Shown piece by piece: positions 61,144 through 64,000 of a stretch of DNA of 64,000 nucleotides (the first letter of the stretch is position 1; each line of letters starts with the position of its first letter). The translations under genes were made by a program, and so were the position numbers. Below the pieces are notes generated by a model, which saw nothing but the letters and a program-made list of their open reading frames with translations, was not told the origin of the DNA and ran no database searches. Source of the DNA: an uncultured Verrucomicrobiae bacterium (lineage in GTDB: Bacteria; Verrucomicrobiota; Verrucomicrobiia; Limisphaerales; Palsa-1400); the NCBI GenBank assembly GCA_963764165.1, contig CAVXRD010000002.1:1952001-2016000 (forward strand). The letters are read 5' to 3'.

Positions 61144-62729
61144 GGCGGGCTCCACCGATAACTCCACGTCTCGCTCGCCATGCCGTCGCTGCGGCGCAGC
61201 GTGCATTTGAGATCGATCGGCTTGTGATCGCCGTCCGCCGGAAGGAGGTCGAGGAAAACGCGCCAGGTGTTGTCAGCGGTGTTGCGGAAAATTTGCGTCA
61301 GCGTAATCGTGCCATTGGTGCTGCAAGTGGTCTCGGCCTTGGGCGGCGTGTCGTCGCCGTTGTTGAGCGGCAGATTGAAGTCAACTATAAGCTGGTGCTG
61401 GCGCTGGTCGCGCGGATCAAGGCCGGCGCGCGTCGAGGTCACGATGTTCGATGAGAGCGGCATGTCAAATCCGCGCGTCCAAGACATCCCGTAACCGAAT
61501 CGATACGGCTGCATCGGCTGCGGTTTCGTGGCCGGATTCCAAAAGGCGACGATGTTGTCCAGCCCCTCATATTGCGTGCTCAATTCGACAAGATGAATTT
61601 GCCCTTCGCCCCAATTGCTGTTCGGTTCAATCCACACGCTGGGCGATGTATCGTAGTTATGGAACAAGTCCTGATAAGCGTCGAACTTGCGCTCGCGCTG
61701 AAGCAGGCCGAACCCGCGAATGTTGCGTCCCTGGAAAATTTCGTGCTGCAACGCAACCGGATTATCCAGCGCGTGAAAGATCCATTCGCCGCTCTCGGTG
61801 TGCATAAGCAAGCCGTCGCTGTCATGGACTTCCGGGCGGTAATCGTTGAATTTGCGCTCCGTGTTTTTGCCGTACCAAAACATGCTCGTCAGCGGCGCAA
61901 GGCCAATCGTTGCCAGCGCCCGGCGGTTCGGATCAGCCGCGAGGATGTCCCGCTGATCGCGAAAATAAATGATCGCTTCCACCTGCGCATGCGTGGTGGC
62001 GCCGGGCGTGATCAAAAATTCGTAAGCGCCCGTGCAGCTTACACTGTCAAGAATCGCGTAGAGCAGCAGGGCCGGATCGCCGTTCTGCGGCTTGCCCAGC
62101 CACCAGTCGGTGAAGATGGGGAATTCCTCCGGCCGCCCGTCTTCGCCGCAATCCAGCGCCAGCCCGCGCGCCGACATTCCGTAGACCTGCCCTTCCCCGA
62201 GCAATCGAAAATAGCTGGCTCCCTGGAACGCCCCCAATTCATCCCATTTCTCGGGCGCATTGGTCGGGATCGGCGTGGCGGGAGTTATGAAATTCGACCA
62301 TTTTACATTGAGGCGGAACCCGGCATAACCGGTGTTGGCCGGAATATCCGACGGCAGCTTCAACGCGCGATAATTGAAAAAATCCGGCGTAAAACGAATC
62401 GGCTGAACGTGGGTGGACGAAAACTCGTTCAAATGCACCGGCTCCTGATAAAGATAACCAAGGTGGAAAAACTCGGCCCGGAACGGAAGATGCTCGGCCC
62501 GCCACAACGCCTGATCGTCGCGGAATTCGATCTGGCGATACTCGTCGTAAGTCAATTTCTTGAGGAAATCCGGCAAATCGGCGCGGGGCGAACGGAATGG
62601 TTTGCGGGCGCGCTCCTCCGCCCGCTTGGCCACGTATTCGAGAGTAACGTGCGCCGCCTCCAGCTTTGGGAGGGCCAGAGCTGGGCAAACCAAGGCGAGG
62701 AGCGAAATAAACGTTAGAAAGCGCGTCAT
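61140..62729 (-). CDS. mdoG: Periplasmic glucan biosynthesis protein G/D
   Basis: FQGASYFR, GMSARGLA, EEFP, PLTSMF, RPEVHDSDGL and DNIVAFW. Confidence 0.95.
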   Translation of the reverse strand: MTRFLTFISLLALVCPALALPKLEAAHVTLEYVAKRAEERARKPFRSPRADLPDFLKKLTYDEYRQIEFRDDQALWRAEHLPFRAEFFHLGYLYQEPVHLNEFSSTHVQPIRFTPDFFNYRALKLPSDIPANTGYAGFRLNVKWSNFITPATPIPTNAPEKWDELGAFQGASYFRLLGEGQVYGMSARGLALDCGEDGRPEEFPIFTDWWLGKPQNGDPALLLYAILDSVSCTGAYEFLITPGATTHAQVEAIIYFRDQRDILAADPNRRALATIGLAPLTSMFWYGKNTERKFNDYRPEVHDSDGLLMHTESGEWIFHALDNPVALQHEIFQGRNIRGFGLLQRERKFDAYQDLFHNYDTSPSVWIEPNSNWGEGQIHLVELSTQYEGLDNIVAFWNPATKPQPMQPYRFGYGMSWTRGFDMPLSSNIVTSTRAGLDPRDQRQHQLIVDFNLPLNNGDDTPPKAETTCSTNGTITLTQIFRNTADNTWRVFLDLLPADGDHKPIDLKCTLRRSDGMASETWSYRWSPP

Positions 62730-62816
62730 CCTGTCCCATGACCAGTAACAAAAATCCGGCAAATTGCAAGAGGGTCAAGCACAGGGTGTTGACCTACCTC
62801 GGGCGGGGGAAGGTTT

Positions 62817-62903
62817 CAACAGAAGGAAACGAAGGGAACGAAGTGGGGAAAAGAAACTGTCCGAGCAGTTCCTCGCCTTCGTTTCCTTTGTTTCCTTCTG
62901 TTG
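62817..62903. repeat. REP-like inverted repeat pair (CAACAGAAGGAAACGAAG family)
   Basis: 62817-62843 and inverted 62877-62903. Confidence 0.75.
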
Positions 62904-62963
62904 GCACTCTATCAGCGACTCGGGTAAAATCCCGTCGTGTGTGCCATTCGACCGTGATGCGCA

Positions 62964-64000
62964 TCACCGGCGGAGCGACATCCCAGGCGAATTGGAAAGC
63001 AGATCCTGCGGATTCACCACGAAATCAAACGACAACGGGCTGGTGGGCACGATGCGGAAAGTCACGGTTTTCGAATTTGGTTTTGGATGAAAAGAAAAGC
63101 CTGCAGTCCCCGCAAAGCTGGCAAGCGAACGCTGTGAGTCCAGCACTTGGCCATCTTGGTCTGTTGTGGACACCAGAACGGCTGCAGCGAGTCGCTTGTC
63201 TCTTACATTGACCATCAACCTCGGCGATCCGTCGTCGGCTAAAGTTTCAAGAGTGCCGCGCGGCGGTTCGGAAATCTGATTTCCCTGCGGCCGGGCCACT
63301 GGCGGCGGGCCGATGACCCGCGTCGTGTTGTAGCCGCGGCTGGTTGACGCACCGTAAAGCCAGGTGACATCGACATCGACGCCCAGCATGTTTGTCTTTT
63401 TATTGATGGCCACCAATTCGCCGGGCTGAGGAATGGCAATGTTACTCAAGATCAACAGTTCATCGCCGACATAACGACTCAAGTTGTATCGAGTGATGAT
63501 GGCATGTATCTTCCACGCTGGTTCATTTGGGGAGAGCGCCACTACGGGTGAAGACAGGGTTTCGAGATTGTTGCCAGTTGCGTCCGAAATGTTTTCAATA
63601 ATCGGGGCCGCGCCGGCCAAATCCGAAATTGTTGACGAGACAGAGAATTGGGGGTTCGAAAAATGAAGCCCGTCGCGATTGCTCTCCAACGCAAGCCCTT
63701 TGAAAGTCAGCGCTGTGTGGCCGTTCGTAACAGTCTGAGGCAAAGGGAGCGCGGTCCAGATCGGAAACGGCCCGGTCTGAGGATTTTTGACGCGAATCCG
63801 TGCCATCGCAGCCCCATCGTCATCGGTAAGTTCCAGCCAAAACTCAGATTGCCGCCGTGGAAAGGAATTGAGCATCATCGCCGATACAATCCTCCCGCTT
63901 GGGCGAAATTTCGTGGTGAACTTTCCCGCGAACCCGGAACAAACCGATCCCGTGTCGTCCACTGCGCGAAAAGAAGTCCAGGGCACCGCCGCTCCGGCAT
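62964..64000 (-). CDS. Hypothetical protein, C-terminal part (runs off window end)
   Basis: Long open frame with SFPRRQ and ISDATGN motifs; no function recognised. Confidence 0.65.
   Translation of the reverse strand, partial: AGAAVPWTSFRAVDDTGSVCSGFAGKFTTKFRPSGRIVSAMMLNSFPRRQSEFWLELTDDDGAAMARIRVKNPQTGPFPIWTALPLPQTVTNGHTALTFKGLALESNRDGLHFSNPQFSVSSTISDLAGAAPIIENISDATGNNLETLSSPVVALSPNEPAWKIHAIITRYNLSRYVGDELLILSNIAIPQPGELVAINKKTNMLGVDVDVTWLYGASTSRGYNTTRVIGPPPVARPQGNQISEPPRGTLETLADDGSPRLMVNVRDKRLAAAVLVSTTDQDGQVLDSQRSLASFAGTAGFSFHPKPNSKTVTFRIVPTSPLSFDFVVNPQDLLSNSPGMSLRR

Overview
High-GC bacterial chromosome segment, most likely Verrucomicrobiota of the Pedosphaera/Limisphaerales type. This is inferred from the prepilin/H-X9-DG genes, LamG surface proteins with a shared C-terminal domain, the mdoG-hyp-mdoH layout and the REP-like repeat families. 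The core backbone is an amidohydrolase, a GNAT, purL-purQ-purS, uvrB, tRNA-Ser(GCT), YceI, Gfo/Idh/MocA, rpiB, an aminotransferase, clpPX, infC, a hybrid histidine kinase, an arabinan-utilisation locus, an ECF sigma operon and mdoGH. Two integrative elements interrupt it. Island 1 (~5131-22148, 17 kb) carries a tyrosine integrase lacking the first catalytic Arg and appears to sit inside one arm of a host REP-like palindrome. It holds decayed defence genes, a stand-alone cyclase-like protein, a membrane effector-like protein and an AT-richer cluster I do not recognise: XRE/dead-cyclase/FCD regulator, heme-oxygenase-like diiron enzyme, Na+/solute symporter and Cys-rich peptide. Island 2 (~24877-30450) sits in tRNA-Ser, ends in a tRNA-like relic and carries a prepilin plus surface-protein cargo. 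At least six families of palindromic intergenic repeats occur, one of which is read in frame as part of protein leaders. A 52-aa pilin missing from the ORF track is also present. All domain calls come from motif recognition by eye; no database searches were run.
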